Source: Planctomycetota bacterium (GTDB lineage Bacteria > Planctomycetota > Phycisphaerae > WQYP01). Taken from it: a DNA stretch of 49,654 nt. Positions 29,074-41,700 of this stretch are shown in pieces (position 1 is the stretch's first letter; the number at the start of each line of letters is the position of its first letter). The notes beneath the pieces were generated by a model. The model did not search any database. It was not told the DNA's origin and saw only the letters and a list, made by a program, of their open reading frames with translations. The stretch lies in NCBI GenBank assembly GCA_021804985.1, contig JAJZGD010000004.1:1-49654 (forward strand), in the 5' to 3' direction. Position numbers and translations under genes: made by a program.

Positions 29074-30591
29074 ATGACCACGCCCGATATGCTTACTGCA
29101 GCCTGGAACGTCCCCGGATTTAAGTGGAGCCGAGAGAAGGCGGCCCACCTGCTTAATCGCACGGGGTTCTGCGCCCCGCCTGAAGCGGTAGAAGCACTGC
29201 TGCGGCTTTCGCCACAGGCGGCGGTCGCCAAAGTGGTGGATTATGAGGCCGAGCCGGCGTACGTCTATCCCTTAGAGTTTGATGCCTATTCCCATCCGGT
29301 TTTTGGCTCGCCACGGCGGCGCCGAGCTTTTTTTCAGCGATTTACCCCTGCCGAGCGGCGGAAGACCCTGACCCGCTTTTTTCAGGCGAGTTTTGAAAAA
29401 ATGCAGGAGATGCGATTCTGGTGGCTGCACCGGATGATCCATACACCGCGGCCGCTGGAAGAAAAGCTTACCCTTTTCTGGCATGGGCTTTTCGTCAGCG
29501 GGTTTGACATGGTTCATAATGCTTATCATATGTACATGCAAAACAATCTGTTCCGGACGCATGCCGCAGGCAATATCAAAACGCTGACGTGGCAAATGGC
29601 GATTGATCCCGCCATGCTGGCATATCTGAATAACAACCAAAATCGAAAAGCCCATCCCAACGAGAACTTCGCACGCGAACTGATGGAATTATTTACCATG
29701 GGCATCGGGAATTACACCGAGGAAGACGTGCGGCAGTCCGCCCGGGCGTGGACCGGCTGGACATTTTTTGACGATCGGGCCGTCTTTCTTGCGCGGCAGC
29801 ATGATTTTGGCGAAAAAACCTTTCTGGGGCGCACCGGCCGATTCAATGGCCGCGATATTCTCGATATCATCTTCGAGCAGCCCGCAACGCCAAAACATTT
29901 TGCCACCAAGCTGGCCATTTATTTCGGCAATGATGAACCGCCGCCGCAGGTAATCAGCGGACTGGCTGACTGCCTGAAACAAAATGCATGGGAACTTAAA
30001 CCCACCCTGAAAACGCTCTTTTCCAGCCAATGGTTCTACAGCGACGCCGTGGTAAACAACAAGGTCAAATCGCCGGCCGAACTGATCGCCGGCACCCTCA
30101 AGCTGCTCGGCACCTCAGCCCCCAATCCGGGCGCATTTTTGTTATCGATGGAACTCATGGGCCAAATGCTCTTCGAAGCCCCCAATGTCGGAGGCTGGCC
30201 AACCGGAAAAGAATGGATCGACACCGGCACATTAATGGCCCGCTATAACATGCCGGCATTGCTGGTCACCGGACGCTACGCCGCCCGCATGCCGCCAAGA
30301 TTAAGGCGCATCCTGGGTGAAAAATGCCTCCGTGAATTTGAATCGCCGATCAATCCGTGTGCGGAACTCGCCGCCCGCCAGATTGCCAATACCCGTGATG
30401 CTGTTGATTTTTATCTCTCCCGACTGATCCCGCACGGCATACCCGCCGACCGTCGGCTGGATCTGATCCGATTTCTGAATCGCAATGGCTCGGCGAACGC
30501 CAGGCCGCTTTCCGCCGTCGGAGAAGAAAAATTTATGCTCTTATCCATGCTGCACCTGATGCTGGCCGAACCTCGATATCAGCTTTGCTAA
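29074..30591 (+). CDS. DUF1800 family protein
   Basis: AAHLLNRTGF, LEEKLTLFWH, DPAMLAYLNN, PNENFARELMELFTMG and APNVGGW. Confidence 0.92.
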   Translation: MTTPDMLTAAWNVPGFKWSREKAAHLLNRTGFCAPPEAVEALLRLSPQAAVAKVVDYEAEPAYVYPLEFDAYSHPVFGSPRRRRAFFQRFTPAERRKTLTRFFQASFEKMQEMRFWWLHRMIHTPRPLEEKLTLFWHGLFVSGFDMVHNAYHMYMQNNLFRTHAAGNIKTLTWQMAIDPAMLAYLNNNQNRKAHPNENFARELMELFTMGIGNYTEEDVRQSARAWTGWTFFDDRAVFLARQHDFGEKTFLGRTGRFNGRDILDIIFEQPATPKHFATKLAIYFGNDEPPPQVISGLADCLKQNAWELKPTLKTLFSSQWFYSDAVVNNKVKSPAELIAGTLKLLGTSAPNPGAFLLSMELMGQMLFEAPNVGGWPTGKEWIDTGTLMARYNMPALLVTGRYAARMPPRLRRILGEKCLREFESPINPCAELAARQIANTRDAVDFYLSRLIPHGIPADRRLDLIRFLNRNGSANARPLSAVGEEKFMLLSMLHLMLAEPRYQLC

Positions 30592-30621
30592 AGTCACCAT
30601 CCATTGCCGGAGGCTGTTCTT

Positions 30622-31926
30622 ATGTTTGATGATCTGCACACACGCCGACTTTTTATTTCACGTGGGATGACCGTGCTGTCCGCGGCGACGACCCTGCCGG
30701 CATTTTTGGAATCCACCGGGCGGGCCCTCGCCAATACGCGCGACGCATCGACTGGAAAAACCCGTAAAAGCGATCACCGCATTTTTGTGGTGGTTCAATT
30801 GGGCGGGGGCAATGACGGGCTTTCTACCGTTATACCGGTCGATAACGACGACTATCGGCGTGCGCGGCCGCGGCTGGCCATCAACCGCAATTTACTTTCG
30901 CTGGGGCGCGGCAGTGGACTGGCACTGCACCCCAACATGACGGGCATGAAGTCATTATTTGATGCCGGTCACCTTAGCGTGGTACTCGGCGCAGGATATC
31001 CAAACCCCAACCGGTCGCATTTTCGATCGATGGCGATCTGGCAGACGGCGCAACCGGCGATCGAGGCAAACCATGGCTGGTTGGGGCGATATTTTGATAA
31101 TCAATGTTGTGGGGCGGACCCCGTGACGCCGGAGGCGGCGGTGAACGTCGGGCCTACTTCGCCGATGGCGCTGCATGGCAAAGAATTCAGTTCCGTATCA
31201 TTTATGAACCCCGCCGCATTCCAATGGCTTCCCGGTTCGCGGAAAACCCTTTTCAGCCGCCGTATGCATTCAATTTACGATGAGCTCAATGGCATCAGCG
31301 GGCATCCTGAAGCGGTGTTGGCGGGCCAGGATTCGCTGAATTTTCTCCAGCGTGTGGCCCTTGATGCGCACCTGGCCGGAGCGGATATTCGCCACGCCAC
31401 CGATGACTTTCATAACGCGGTGCCCTATCCGGATAGTGACCTTGGCCGTTCGCTTGCGAATGTTGCGAAAATGATTCACGCCGATCTGCCCACCACCGTG
31501 TATTACGTATCCATGGGTGGGTTTGATACACATGCCAACGAAAAGTCGCGACACGACAAACTCATGAAAGACCTGTCCGATGCGTTGACGAGTTTTATCA
31601 ATGACCTCAAGGCACAAGGTAATTTAGACCGAACACTGGTGATGACTTTCTCAGAATTTGGCCGCCGCGTCGCTGAAAATGCCAGTGGCGGAACCGATCA
31701 TGGCACCGCCGCCCCCATGTTTTTAATGGGCGGCTCGATCCGCCCGGGCCTGCTCGGCGTCGAGCCGTCACTTTCGCCGGCGCATCTGGATCATGGCGAC
31801 CTGCGCTTCACCGTCGATTTTCGCACGGTTTATGCCAGCGTGCTGAAGGACTGGTTGCACACCGACGCGCAGGCGATTTTGAACGGCCGGTTCAAAACGC
31901 TTCCCATATTGGCAGGCCGCAGCTGA
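30622..31926 (+). CDS. DUF1501 family protein, Tat signal
   Basis: TRRLF twin-arginine signal, VVQLGGGNDG, PNRSHFRS, GGFDTHA, FSEFGRR and GTDHGTA. Confidence 0.92.
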   Translation: MFDDLHTRRLFISRGMTVLSAATTLPAFLESTGRALANTRDASTGKTRKSDHRIFVVVQLGGGNDGLSTVIPVDNDDYRRARPRLAINRNLLSLGRGSGLALHPNMTGMKSLFDAGHLSVVLGAGYPNPNRSHFRSMAIWQTAQPAIEANHGWLGRYFDNQCCGADPVTPEAAVNVGPTSPMALHGKEFSSVSFMNPAAFQWLPGSRKTLFSRRMHSIYDELNGISGHPEAVLAGQDSLNFLQRVALDAHLAGADIRHATDDFHNAVPYPDSDLGRSLANVAKMIHADLPTTVYYVSMGGFDTHANEKSRHDKLMKDLSDALTSFINDLKAQGNLDRTLVMTFSEFGRRVAENASGGTDHGTAAPMFLMGGSIRPGLLGVEPSLSPAHLDHGDLRFTVDFRTVYASVLKDWLHTDAQAILNGRFKTLPILAGRS

Positions 31927-32191
31927 GGAAATGGCGTTACCAGGCAATCTGGAGTAAGCCATCCCGGCATCTTGGGCACCCCGCTTCAAGGATATGCGGG
32001 CGCGCCCCCCCGCCAGTCAGCCGCAAGCGAAAGGCCGCTGCGCCGCACACCCCACCAATATTGGCCGCCGAGTTGATACTGCCGCACTGCACATGTACTA
32101 TATATTGTTCGAGACCAGCCGTATGGGATCGCATGGGCGGAGCGGTGTTTTTTCAAGCTGAGGGCGTGCCTCACGCACGGAGGTTTATACG

Positions 32192-35100
32192 TTGACTGCT
32201 ACCGGAAAGCCGAGCCTAAGGCCCGGCAAGACGGGTCTTTACGATCCAGAATTTGAACACGACAGCTGCGGTGTTGGTTTTATTGCCCACATTAAGGGAA
32301 AATCCAGCCACGATATTCTCACCAATGCCCTGACCATGCTTGAGCACATGGAGCATCGCGGCGCGTGCGGTTGCGAAGAGAACACCGGCGATGGTGCGGG
32401 AATTTTAACGTCACTTCCGCATGCATTTCTCGTAAAAGTTGCCAAGCGGGATGCCGGCATCGAATTGCCGCCCGAGGGCCAATACGGTGCGGGCATTGTA
32501 TTTTTGCCATCGGACAATGAGCAGCGGCAATGGTGTGAAAAGCTCGTCGAAGAATGCGTTGCTGAATCGGGACTAAAATTTCTGGGTTGGCGCAACTTGC
32601 CGGTGAACGGCAGCGGTATCGGCCCATCCGCACGCCGTACCGAGCCGACGATGCGGATGATTTTCGTCCAAAGCACCAAACCTACTGGTAACGACGCCCT
32701 GGAACGGCAGTTGTACATCGCCAGAAAAATGGCCGGCCATCGCATTCGCAGTTCCGATCTGCCGCAGGCTGAATATTTTTACATCTGCAGCTTGTCGTCT
32801 AAAACGATTATTTACAAGGGGCAGCTGACCTCGGCGCAGGTGCGCGAATATTTCGCCGCTGATCTCGGCGATCCGGATTATGTCGCCCATCTCGCGCTCG
32901 TGCATTCGCGCTTCAGTACCAACACCTTTCCTTCATGGGATCGCGCGCAGCCGCTGCGGCTCATGGCCCACAACGGAGAAATTAATACGCGCCGCGGCAA
33001 CGCCAATTGGATGCATGCGCGCGAAGGGATGTTCGAAAGCCGCCTTTTTGGCGATGAGATCGACCTAATTAAACCGGTGATTGAACGGGACAATTCCGAC
33101 TCCGGCGATTTCGACAACTGCCTGGAAATGCTTCTTCAAACCGGCCGCAGTCTGCCGCACGCCGTCATGATGATGATTCCCGAGGCGTGGCAAAACCATG
33201 AATCCATGGATCCCCGCCGCCGCGCGTTTTATGAATTTCACTCCTGCATGATGGAACCATGGGACGGCCCCGCATCCGTGGCGTTTACCGATGGCCATTG
33301 CATCGGCGCTGTGCTCGATCGCAACGGCCTTCGCCCGAGCCGCTATTACGTCACCAAGGATGATCTGGTGATCATGGCCAGCGAAGTTGGCGTACTTGAA
33401 ATCGATCCCGCCAATATCGCGCGGAAGGGGCGGCTTCAACCGGGCCGCATGTTCCTCGTCGACTTTCAGCAGGGCCGCATCATCGACGATTCCGAAATTA
33501 AGGCGGGCCTCTCCGGGGAAAAGCCTTACGGCCAGTGGCTGCAAGAGCAAAAAATCACTCTTGAAGAGCTGGCGACCCCCGCATCCGTTGCGCCGTTTGA
33601 CCCTCAATCACTGCTGACGCGGGCACAGTGTCTCGGCTACACCACGGAAGACGTTTACAAGCTTATCCTTCCCATGGGGACCGCCGGTTTGGAAGCGCTT
33701 GGCTCGATGGGCAACGATGCGGCGCTGGCGTGCCTGAGCGACCAACCGCGGTTGGTGTACGATTATTTCAAGCAAACCTTTGCGCAGGTTACCAACCCGC
33801 CGCTGGATTCAGACAAAGAGGCGATCGTGATGAGCCTCGAATGCTACATCGGCCCGGAGCGCAATTTAATCGAGCCGACAGCGGAAAACTGCCATCGCCT
33901 GCTGCTGTCACAACCAATTTTGACTAATGCCCAATTGGCCCGCATTAAAGAAATGAATTATCGCGGCTGGCGGTCGCGCGTCATCGATGCGACGTTTGAC
34001 CGCAGCGCGGGCGAAGCGGGCATGCCGGCCGCCATTGAGCGCATTTGTCAGGAAGCGGATGCGGCAATTAAAGACGGCTGCAGCCTCGTCGTGCTAACTG
34101 ATCGCAACATTGGCGAAGGGCGTGTGGTAATACCGGCACTTCTGGCGTGCGGGGCGCTGCATCACCATCTCGTGCGGGCGGGAACCCGCACCGCCATCGG
34201 CATAATTATTGAAACCGGCGAAGCCCGCGAAGTGCATCATCACTGCATGCTCATCGGTTATGGGGCCGATGGCATAAATCCTTACCTCGCGTTCGAAGTG
34301 CTTTGGGGATTAAAGCGTGATGGCACCATTGAAGGGTCGCTGGATGATGAAAAGCTGGTAAAAAATTACATCAAAGCCAGCGGCAAAGGCATCTTGAAAG
34401 TCATGAGCAAAATGGGCATCTCCACGCTGCAAAGCTACAAGGGCGCCCAGATTTTTGAGGCCATCGGTCTGCATAGCGAGGTGATTGATCGCTGCTTTGC
34501 CGGAACCGTATCGAAAATTGATGGTGTAAATTTTGATGTTCTCGCGCGGGAAGCCCTGCGCCGCCATGCCATCGGCTATCCATCGGAGCCAACCGCGATC
34601 AAGCTCAATGTGCTGCCGGAGGGGGGCCAATATTCGTGGCGAAAAAATGGTGAGCAGCATCTGCTTAACCCCGATACGATTGCAACCCTTCAGGACGCCA
34701 CGCGCACCAACAGCCGGGAGGGTTATGCCCGTTACGCCAGGCTTATTAATGAGCAGGCGGGGCGACTTTGCACGCTCCGAGGCCTTTTTAAACTCAAGGC
34801 CGCTGAAACTCCCGTGATGCTTGCCGAAGTGGAACCCGCCAGCGAAATCGTCAAACGTTTCGCCACCGGGGCGATGAGTCTCGGCTCGATTTCAACCGAG
34901 GCCCACGAAACACTGGCCATCGCCATGAATCGCATTGGCGGCAAATCCAACACCGGTGAGGGCGGCGAAGATTCGCGGCGGTTTAAGCGCGACGCCAATG
35001 GGGATTTTCGTCGGTCGGCCATTAAACAGGTTGCCAGTGCGCGCTTCGGTGTTACCAGCCATTACCTCGCCAATGCCGACGAATTGCAGATCAAAATGGC

Positions 35101-36766
35101 ACAGGGCGCCAAACCCGGCGAAGGGGGACAGTTACCCGGCCATAAAGTGGATCGTTACATCGGCAAGCTGCGGCATTCAACGCCGGGCGTGCAACTCATC
35201 AGCCCGCCCCCCCACCATGATATTTATTCCATTGAAGATTTGGCGCAGCTTATTTACGACCTGAAAAATGCCAATCCTGCGGCGCGCATCAGCGTGAAGC
35301 TTGTCGCGGAAGTTGGCGTGGGTACCGTTGCCACCGGTGTATCCAAAGCGCATGCGGATCACGTCGTAATCGCCGGGCATGATGGCGGCACGGGTGCGTC
35401 GCCGCTGACAAGCATCAAGCATGCCGGTGCCCCGTGGGAACTCGGTTTGGCCGAAGCGCACCAAACCTTGGTGCTCAATGATTTGCGCAGCCGCATCGTG
35501 GTGCAGGTGGATGGCCAGCTAAAAACCGGCCGCGACGTGATCATTGGTGCGCTGCTGGGTGCGGAAGAATTTGGCTTTGCCACAGTCCCGCTGGTGACGC
35601 TGGGCTGCATTATGATGCGCGTTTGCCATCTCAACACCTGCCCGGTGGGCATTGCCACGCAGGACCCCGTGCTCCGGGCAAAATTCGCCGGCAAGCCGGA
35701 ATATGTCATCAACTTCATGTTCCTGCTCGCCGAGGAAGTGCGCGAGCTGATGGCGTTCATGGGGTTCCGCAACATGAATGAAATGATCGGCCGCGTCGAT
35801 CGCCTGGAAGTCGGTGAAGCGATCAAGCATTGGAAAACCCAAGGCCTGGATCTGACGCCCATTCTTTCTCCCGCCGTCAAACTTCATGAGGGGGTAGAGG
35901 TGCGCTGCGTTCGAAAGCAGGATCATGGCCTGGAGCATTCGCTGGATTATCAGATCGTGCAGGATGCCCGAGAGGCGATCGATACCGGCAAGCCCATCAA
36001 GCTGGCCTACGCCATTAAAAACACCCATCGGACGGTGGGCACCACCCTGAGCCATGAGATTTCCAAAAAGCACGGTGAGTTGGCGTTGCCGGATGCCACC
36101 ATTGAGATAAAACTCTCCGGTTCGGCCGGACAAAGCCTTGGTGCATGGCTGGCTCGCGGGGTCAAGCTGGAACTCGAAGGCGATGCCAACGACTATGTTG
36201 GCAAAGGCCTTTCGGGCGGCCTGATCGTGGTATACCCCGATGCCCGCAGCACATTCAACGCCCACGAAAATATCCTTATTGGAAATGTCGCGCTGTATGG
36301 CGCCACCAGCGGGAAAGCGTTTTTCCGCGGCGTGGCCGGCGAAAGATTCTGTGTCCGAAACTCCGGCGCTTCCGCCGTGGTTGAAGGCGTGGGTGATCAC
36401 GGCTGTGAATACATGACCGGCGGCCGCGTAGTCGTGCTCGGTTCAACCGGTCGAAACTTTGCGGCGGGAATGTCCGGCGGTGTTGCGTTTGTTTATGATC
36501 CGGAAGACCAGTTCCTTGCGCGCTGCAATTTGGCGATGGTTGAGCTTGAACCGGTGACCGATGCCGTCGATATCACCGAGCTTAAGGAATTAATTCAGGA
36601 ACATCAGCAGCACACCGGCAGCGTGACCGCCCAGAAAATTCTAAAGGATTGGACAGCGCAAGTGGCCTTTTTCCGCAAGGTGATGCCGATCGAATATCGC
36701 CGCGCCTTGGAAGAGATGGCCCGCGCCGCCGCTGAAAACACCGTTGAGGAAGTTCAACATGGGTAA
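32192..36766 (+). CDS. gltB: Glutamate synthase (NADPH) large subunit
   Basis: HDSCGVG (Ntn Cys), [38 protein letters not shown] and GXGXG repeats. TTG start after GGAGG. Confidence 0.98.
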   Translation: MTATGKPSLRPGKTGLYDPEFEHDSCGVGFIAHIKGKSSHDILTNALTMLEHMEHRGACGCEENTGDGAGILTSLPHAFLVKVAKRDAGIELPPEGQYGAGIVFLPSDNEQRQWCEKLVEECVAESGLKFLGWRNLPVNGSGIGPSARRTEPTMRMIFVQSTKPTGNDALERQLYIARKMAGHRIRSSDLPQAEYFYICSLSSKTIIYKGQLTSAQVREYFAADLGDPDYVAHLALVHSRFSTNTFPSWDRAQPLRLMAHNGEINTRRGNANWMHAREGMFESRLFGDEIDLIKPVIERDNSDSGDFDNCLEMLLQTGRSLPHAVMMMIPEAWQNHESMDPRRRAFYEFHSCMMEPWDGPASVAFTDGHCIGAVLDRNGLRPSRYYVTKDDLVIMASEVGVLEIDPANIARKGRLQPGRMFLVDFQQGRIIDDSEIKAGLSGEKPYGQWLQEQKITLEELATPASVAPFDPQSLLTRAQCLGYTTEDVYKLILPMGTAGLEALGSMGNDAALACLSDQPRLVYDYFKQTFAQVTNPPLDSDKEAIVMSLECYIGPERNLIEPTAENCHRLLLSQPILTNAQLARIKEMNYRGWRSRVIDATFDRSAGEAGMPAAIERICQEADAAIKDGCSLVVLTDRNIGEGRVVIPALLACGALHHHLVRAGTRTAIGIIIETGEAREVHHHCMLIGYGADGINPYLAFEVLWGLKRDGTIEGSLDDEKLVKNYIKASGKGILKVMSKMGISTLQSYKGAQIFEAIGLHSEVIDRCFAGTVSKIDGVNFDVLAREALRRHAIGYPSEPTAIKLNVLPEGGQYSWRKNGEQHLLNPDTIATLQDATRTNSREGYARYARLINEQAGRLCTLRGLFKLKAAETPVMLAEVEPASEIVKRFATGAMSLGSISTEAHETLAIAMNRIGGKSNTGEGGEDSRRFKRDANGDFRRSAIKQVASARFGVTSHYLANADELQIKMAQGAKPGEGGQLPGHKVDRYIGKLRHSTPGVQLISPPPHHDIYSIEDLAQLIYDLKNANPAARISVKLVAEVGVGTVATGVSKAHADHVVIAGHDGGTGASPLTSIKHAGAPWELGLAEAHQTLVLNDLRSRIVVQVDGQLKTGRDVIIGALLGAEEFGFATVPLVTLGCIMMRVCHLNTCPVGIATQDPVLRAKFAGKPEYVINFMFLLAEEVRELMAFMGFRNMNEMIGRVDRLEVGEAIKHWKTQGLDLTPILSPAVKLHEGVEVRCVRKQDHGLEHSLDYQIVQDAREAIDTGKPIKLAYAIKNTHRTVGTTLSHEISKKHGELALPDATIEIKLSGSAGQSLGAWLARGVKLELEGDANDYVGKGLSGGLIVVYPDARSTFNAHENILIGNVALYGATSGKAFFRGVAGERFCVRNSGASAVVEGVGDHGCEYMTGGRVVVLGSTGRNFAAGMSGGVAFVYDPEDQFLARCNLAMVELEPVTDAVDITELKELIQEHQQHTGSVTAQKILKDWTAQVAFFRKVMPIEYRRALEEMARAAAENTVEEVQHG

Positions 36767-38216
36767 ACCAACCGGGTTTTTGGAACACACACGTGAAGCG
36801 GCGCCAAGCCGCGCCGCCCGGCTGCGGGTACTCGACTGGCGCGAATTCCATGATCATTTGCCCGGCACGAAACTGCGCGACCAGGGCGCCCGCTGCATGG
36901 ATTGCGGCGTTCCCTTTTGCAATAGCGCCTGCCCCGTTAACAATTTAATACCCGACTGGAATGATCTGGTTTACAAAGACCAATGGAAACAGGCCATTGA
37001 GCGGCTTTGGCGCACCAACAACTTTCCGGAGTTTACCGGCCGCGTATGCCCCGCCCCTTGCGAGGGGTCGTGTGTGTTGGGCATTAACGAGCCACCCGTA
37101 ACCATTAAGAATATTGAACAAACCATCATCGAACACGCGTGGGAAAATGACTGGGTTAAGCCGCAACCCCCGCTGCAACGAAGCGGCAAAACCGTCGCGG
37201 TTATTGGTTCCGGACCCGCCGGCCTCGCCGCCGCCGACCAACTCAATAAGGCCGGCCATCTGGTAACCGTTTACGAGCGGGCAGATCGGATCGGCGGCCT
37301 GCTTATGTACGGCATCCCCAATATGAAGCTCGATAAGAAGGCCGTCGTGGACCGCCGCCTGAAAATTATGGAGCACGAAGGCGTAAAATTTGTCACCGGC
37401 GTGCATGTCGGGCGAGATATCAGCATTCATGACATGCTCCATGAATTTGATGCCGTTGTTCTGGCCTGCGGGGCCACGAAACCCCGAGACCTGCCGGCGC
37501 CTGGTCGCAATCTGGGCGGCGTCCACTTCGCCATGGAATTTCTCCACGCCAATACCAAAAGTCTGCTGGATTCAAATCTCTCAGACGGAAAGTTTATCAG
37601 CGCCAAGGACAAACATGTCGTCGTCATTGGCGGCGGCGATACCGGCAACGACTGCATCGGAACATCCATGCGCCACGGCTGCCGCAGTCTGGTGAATTTC
37701 GAGCTGCTTACGCAGCCCCCCGCTTCGCGCGCGACCGACAATCCGTGGCCGCAATGGCCGCGAATTTATCGGGTCGATTACGGCCATGAGGAAGTGCGGG
37801 CGACGTTCGGGCAGGATCCCCGCCAATTTGCCATTCTTACCAAAGAATTTTTGGGTGACGACCAGGGCCGGGTGCGGGCCATCAAAACGGTTCGCGTAAA
37901 TTGGAGCAACACCAACGGCAAAGTTTCAATGACTGAAATTGCAGGTTCTGAGGAGGAATGGCCGGCTGATCTGGTTCTGCTGGCTATGGGATTTCTTGGG
38001 CCTGAGGAAACACTGGCCAAAGAGCTTGGCCTCAAGACCGACGCACGAAGTAATTTTCAGGCGGAATATGGCAAGTTTGCCACATCGGTTGAGGGGGTAT
38101 TTGCCGCCGGAGATTGTCGCCGGGGCCAAAGCCTGGTGGTCTGGGCCATCAACGAAGGGCGCGGCGCCGCACGCGAATGTGACCGCTACCTTATGGGAGC
38201 TACCACATTGCCCTGA
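36759..38216 (+). CDS. gltD: Glutamate synthase small subunit
   Basis: [38 protein letters not shown] and [13 protein letters not shown]. Overlaps the gltB stop. Confidence 0.97.
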   Translation: MGKPTGFLEHTREAAPSRAARLRVLDWREFHDHLPGTKLRDQGARCMDCGVPFCNSACPVNNLIPDWNDLVYKDQWKQAIERLWRTNNFPEFTGRVCPAPCEGSCVLGINEPPVTIKNIEQTIIEHAWENDWVKPQPPLQRSGKTVAVIGSGPAGLAAADQLNKAGHLVTVYERADRIGGLLMYGIPNMKLDKKAVVDRRLKIMEHEGVKFVTGVHVGRDISIHDMLHEFDAVVLACGATKPRDLPAPGRNLGGVHFAMEFLHANTKSLLDSNLSDGKFISAKDKHVVVIGGGDTGNDCIGTSMRHGCRSLVNFELLTQPPASRATDNPWPQWPRIYRVDYGHEEVRATFGQDPRQFAILTKEFLGDDQGRVRAIKTVRVNWSNTNGKVSMTEIAGSEEEWPADLVLLAMGFLGPEETLAKELGLKTDARSNFQAEYGKFATSVEGVFAAGDCRRGQSLVVWAINEGRGAARECDRYLMGATTLP

Positions 38217-38316
38217 ACGCCGCTGCGACCGATCGGTGTCGCCCCTATTGGCTTTTAGGCGGCGGCACCCACTGCCCTTGAGCCTCGGCGATAAAGCCCA
38301 TACGATAAATCACCCT

Positions 38317-38390
38317 GGCCGGATGCCCGAGTGGACTAAGGGGGCGGATTGCAAATCCGTTGTTCGTGGGTTCGAATCCCACTCCGGCCT
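38317..38390 (+). tRNA. tRNA-Cys (GCA)
   Basis: Acceptor GGCCGGA/TCCGGCC with U73, anticodon arm GCGGA-TTGCAAA-TCCGT, T arm GTGGG-TTCGAAT-CCCAC. CCA not encoded. Confidence 0.95.
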
Positions 38391-38448
38391 TTGCCTATAA
38401 CCGGCATTGGCAAAGCAGCGGCCGCTTAGCTACGCAGCTGCGACACCG

Positions 38449-38477
38449 TTGCGAGTTAGTCCAGCCGATGTTAGGTT
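38449..38477 (+). promoter_or_regulatory. Candidate promoter of tRNA-Val
   Basis: TTGCGA-N17-TAGGTT, ending 9 nt before the tRNA. Confidence 0.4.
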
Positions 38478-38486
38478 AAATGAGCC

Positions 38487-38560
38487 GGGCGTTTAGCTCA
38501 GTTGGTTAGAGCGTACGGATCACACCCGTAAGGTCGGGGGTTCGAGCCCCTCAACGCCCA
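38487..38560 (+). tRNA. tRNA-Val (CAC)
   Basis: Acceptor GGGCGTT/AACGCCC with A73, D arm GCTC-AGTTGGTTA-GAGC, anticodon arm TACGG-ATCACAC-CCGTA, T loop TTCGAGC. CCA not encoded. Confidence 0.95.
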
Positions 38561-38720
38561 TACGTGCGAAAGCCACATGCCGTGATTCGAGAAGCATTGT
38601 GATGCCGCCCCGCCACTTAACCTGACACACCGCCGCCTCGACGCGTATTTCATCGCCAAAAACTTTGTCAGTAAATCTCGCCGCAATGCCCATCGCAGTG
38701 GCCGACAACAACCCGAAAAT

Positions 38721-41700
38721 TCACCTGATTGTCGCATTCCCCCGCCGGCGCTGGCGCAACAGCAAGCCAATACCGGCAACTGCCAGGAGGCCAAGCGCTG
38801 CGGGCTCAGGCGTGGCCGTGGTGGTGGCAACACCGTTACTAAGGGCGGTGAAAAGCAGGCCATTGCTATCCGGATTGACGGTAAAATCAAACCCCGGCGC
38901 CAATCCGGTAAAGGTGTAATTCGAACCGCTGACATCCACCGACTGCGGTGGATCGACAAATTGAAATGTTTGCCCTTTCAGTGGCGCAAAACCATTGCCA
39001 AAATCAAATTCCACGGTTCCACCGGAAAAGCTTACCTTGCCGGTGGCATCCAACTGCGAAAATTGCCCCGAGTTAGTTCCATAAACCGACACTTTTGTCA
39101 CGCCGCCGGTCTGGTTGAAGTTGCCGGTGATTTTCAAAGTTCCCGGTGTACCGTTACCCACCGACACCGTTCCGTCGACATTAGTGACGCTGCCAGTTAT
39201 AGCACCCGACGCCGCGAGCTCACCGCTGCTGTAGATCGCGAGATTGCCCGCCGTGGCGGCCGTTCCCGTGCCCACCGTAACACCGCCGCTGTAATTATTG
39301 CCGGCGAGGTTGAGCGAACCGTTCTTCCACATGGTAAGGACTTTCGACACGCTCAGCTGGCCGCCCGCTGTAAGATCCACATTTCCGGCACCACCGGATT
39401 TGCTGCTGGTGCCGCCGACCACCAGATTGGTGGCCGACAAACTCGACGCACTCCCGTCAATATTCAAGTTTCCGTTGATGCCGGATGTTTCCGCCAAATA
39501 AACATCGCCAGTTCCGTTCGCCGTCGCCTGGGCCACTGCGCCATTTTGTATATTAAATGTGCCGTCGCTGGCTTTACCGATGATCAAGTCGCCTGCGTAC
39601 TGAACCTGGGTTTTTTGATCGGTTGCCGTCAGCGTACCGACCCCGCCACCTTTACCGATGGTGAGCGAATCACCATTGGCGATCAGGCTCGATGCGCTCT
39701 GAACGGTAACGGTGCCGGTACCTTGGCTGCCGATGGTGAGGCTGCCGCCAACGGTCCAACTGCTGCCGAAGTTAAGTGTTGCAGAGCCTTCGGTTCCCGG
39801 CTGGCTGCCCAGCGTCGCATCCCCTTTGTTGGCCAGTACCGAACTGCCCCCCATCGCCAATGTGCCCACACCATATTTGCCGATGGTTAAATCCTGGCTT
39901 AGTAATACCGATGATGCCCCGCTGATATCCAATTCGCCAGTTCCGCCAGTACTCGCTCCGCCAAAGCCCGTGCCAGAGGCCAGCGTCATCGATGTACCGC
40001 TAAAGCTTGCATTACTGGAAAGGGAAAGGGTTCCCGATCCGGATTTGCCAATTGTCATATCGCCGTTGAAGGTAAGAGTGGAGCCGCTGCCTACAAGATT
40101 CAGCGTGCCGCTGCCCGTATTCTGCTCACCAAGGGTAATGTCGTTGCCTTGCACGGTGAGGCTGCCGCTGTTTTGAATCGTGAGCGTGCCGGTACCGTAG
40201 CCACCAACGCTAAGCGTGCCAGCATCAGTAACCGAGGCACCATCAATAGTCAGGGTGCCCGAACCTGTGCTTTGGTCGCCCAGGGAAATATTGGTGCCGG
40301 TGCTAAGCGTTGCGGAATCCTGCACGTTAACGGTGCCGGTACCTTGGCTGCCTACCGTAAGCGATCCAGCCGACATCATGGTGTTGCTGCCCTGGACGGT
40401 GAGGGTGCCGGTGCCGGTGCTGTTTTCTCCAAGGGAAACACTGGCCCCTGAAAATATCGCGTCGGCAGCATTCTGCACTGTAAGCGTGCCGTCGCCTTTG
40501 CCGCCCACGGTAACCGAAGTGCCGCCGGCGATTATGCGCGATCCATTGCCGTCAAGCGTCAATGAGGAGGTGCCGCCGCTGTCCGCAATGGCCAGATTGC
40601 CCGCCAGCGAAACAAAGCCGCCATTTTCAACTTGCATTGTCCCGTTGCCGTTGTCGCCGACTTTAAGTTCTCCATTGATTTGCCATTCTGTACCCGCATC
40701 GGTAACAGTGGCCGATCCGGTCGAGCCGGCCTGGCTGCCGAGAATGCCATCTCCGGTGGTGATGACTTCGCCGTTGTTGCTTAAGGTTAAGGTGCCCTGA
40801 CCGGCATTTCCCACTGTAAGGTCGCCATCGACCGTCCATAGAGTGTTAATGTTGCTGACATTGGCAAAGCCTTTTGCTCCGGCCTGATTGCCCAAGGTGG
40901 CATCGCCTGATTCGACCGTTCCGTCCGCCTGCACCGCAAGCGTGCCGTTGCCCGCAAACTGATCGCCCAAGGTAAGTGTGCCGCCAATATTAAGATCACC
41001 GTGATTCTGGACGGTGACGGTGGCCACGCCGGAGACGCCAAAGTCGGCATTGCCGGAGACTGTCCAGGAAGAGCCGGCGCCGTCAATGACAACGTTGCCG
41101 CTTCCCGGCTGCCCTGCGGTGCCGTATGTTTTAGCCGGTCCCGCAGCGTATGCGGCAGCGCTGGTGGCACTCGCACCGTTTTCAATGGCCAAGAGGCCGT
41201 AGCCGCCATCGCCAACGAGAATGCCGGATGAGATGCTGGCCTTGGAGGCTGAACCGGTCAAGTAAAGCCGACCGGTTGAGCCGTATTTGCCGAGTGAAAG
41301 CCCAATAACCACGTAACCGCCGGTGCCCGTTGATGTGAGGTTTCCGTCATTAACGACCACCGTCCCCACGCCAGAATACAGGTACTGGTACCCGCCGTTC
41401 CCGACCTGTGGAAAATCTTGACCGACCACCATTGGAGTGTTGTTGAGGTTGATACTGCCGCCGGAATCCACGGTGACAAACCCTTGGCTGCCGAAACCGA
41501 TCTGCAAGGCACCATTCGAGTTGTTCCATGTGCCGCCGTCCACGTTCACAATGCCGTATCCGGTTCCATTCGCCGGGCCACCGAGGTGAGGGTGGTTCGT
41601 TGGAAAGATTTCCGCGGGATCGGTCAGAAAACCCTGTGCATCCACTTGGTTTGGCCCGTAGCCGGATGATCCGGGCGTTGGTGGAATCGGGGATTTGAAG

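Noticed and set aside
38471-38481. TTAGGTTAAAT, one mismatch from the XerD arm, as a second dif or att site
   Set aside because: No XerC-like arm 6 bp upstream; it is better explained as the -10 region of the tRNA-Val promoter.
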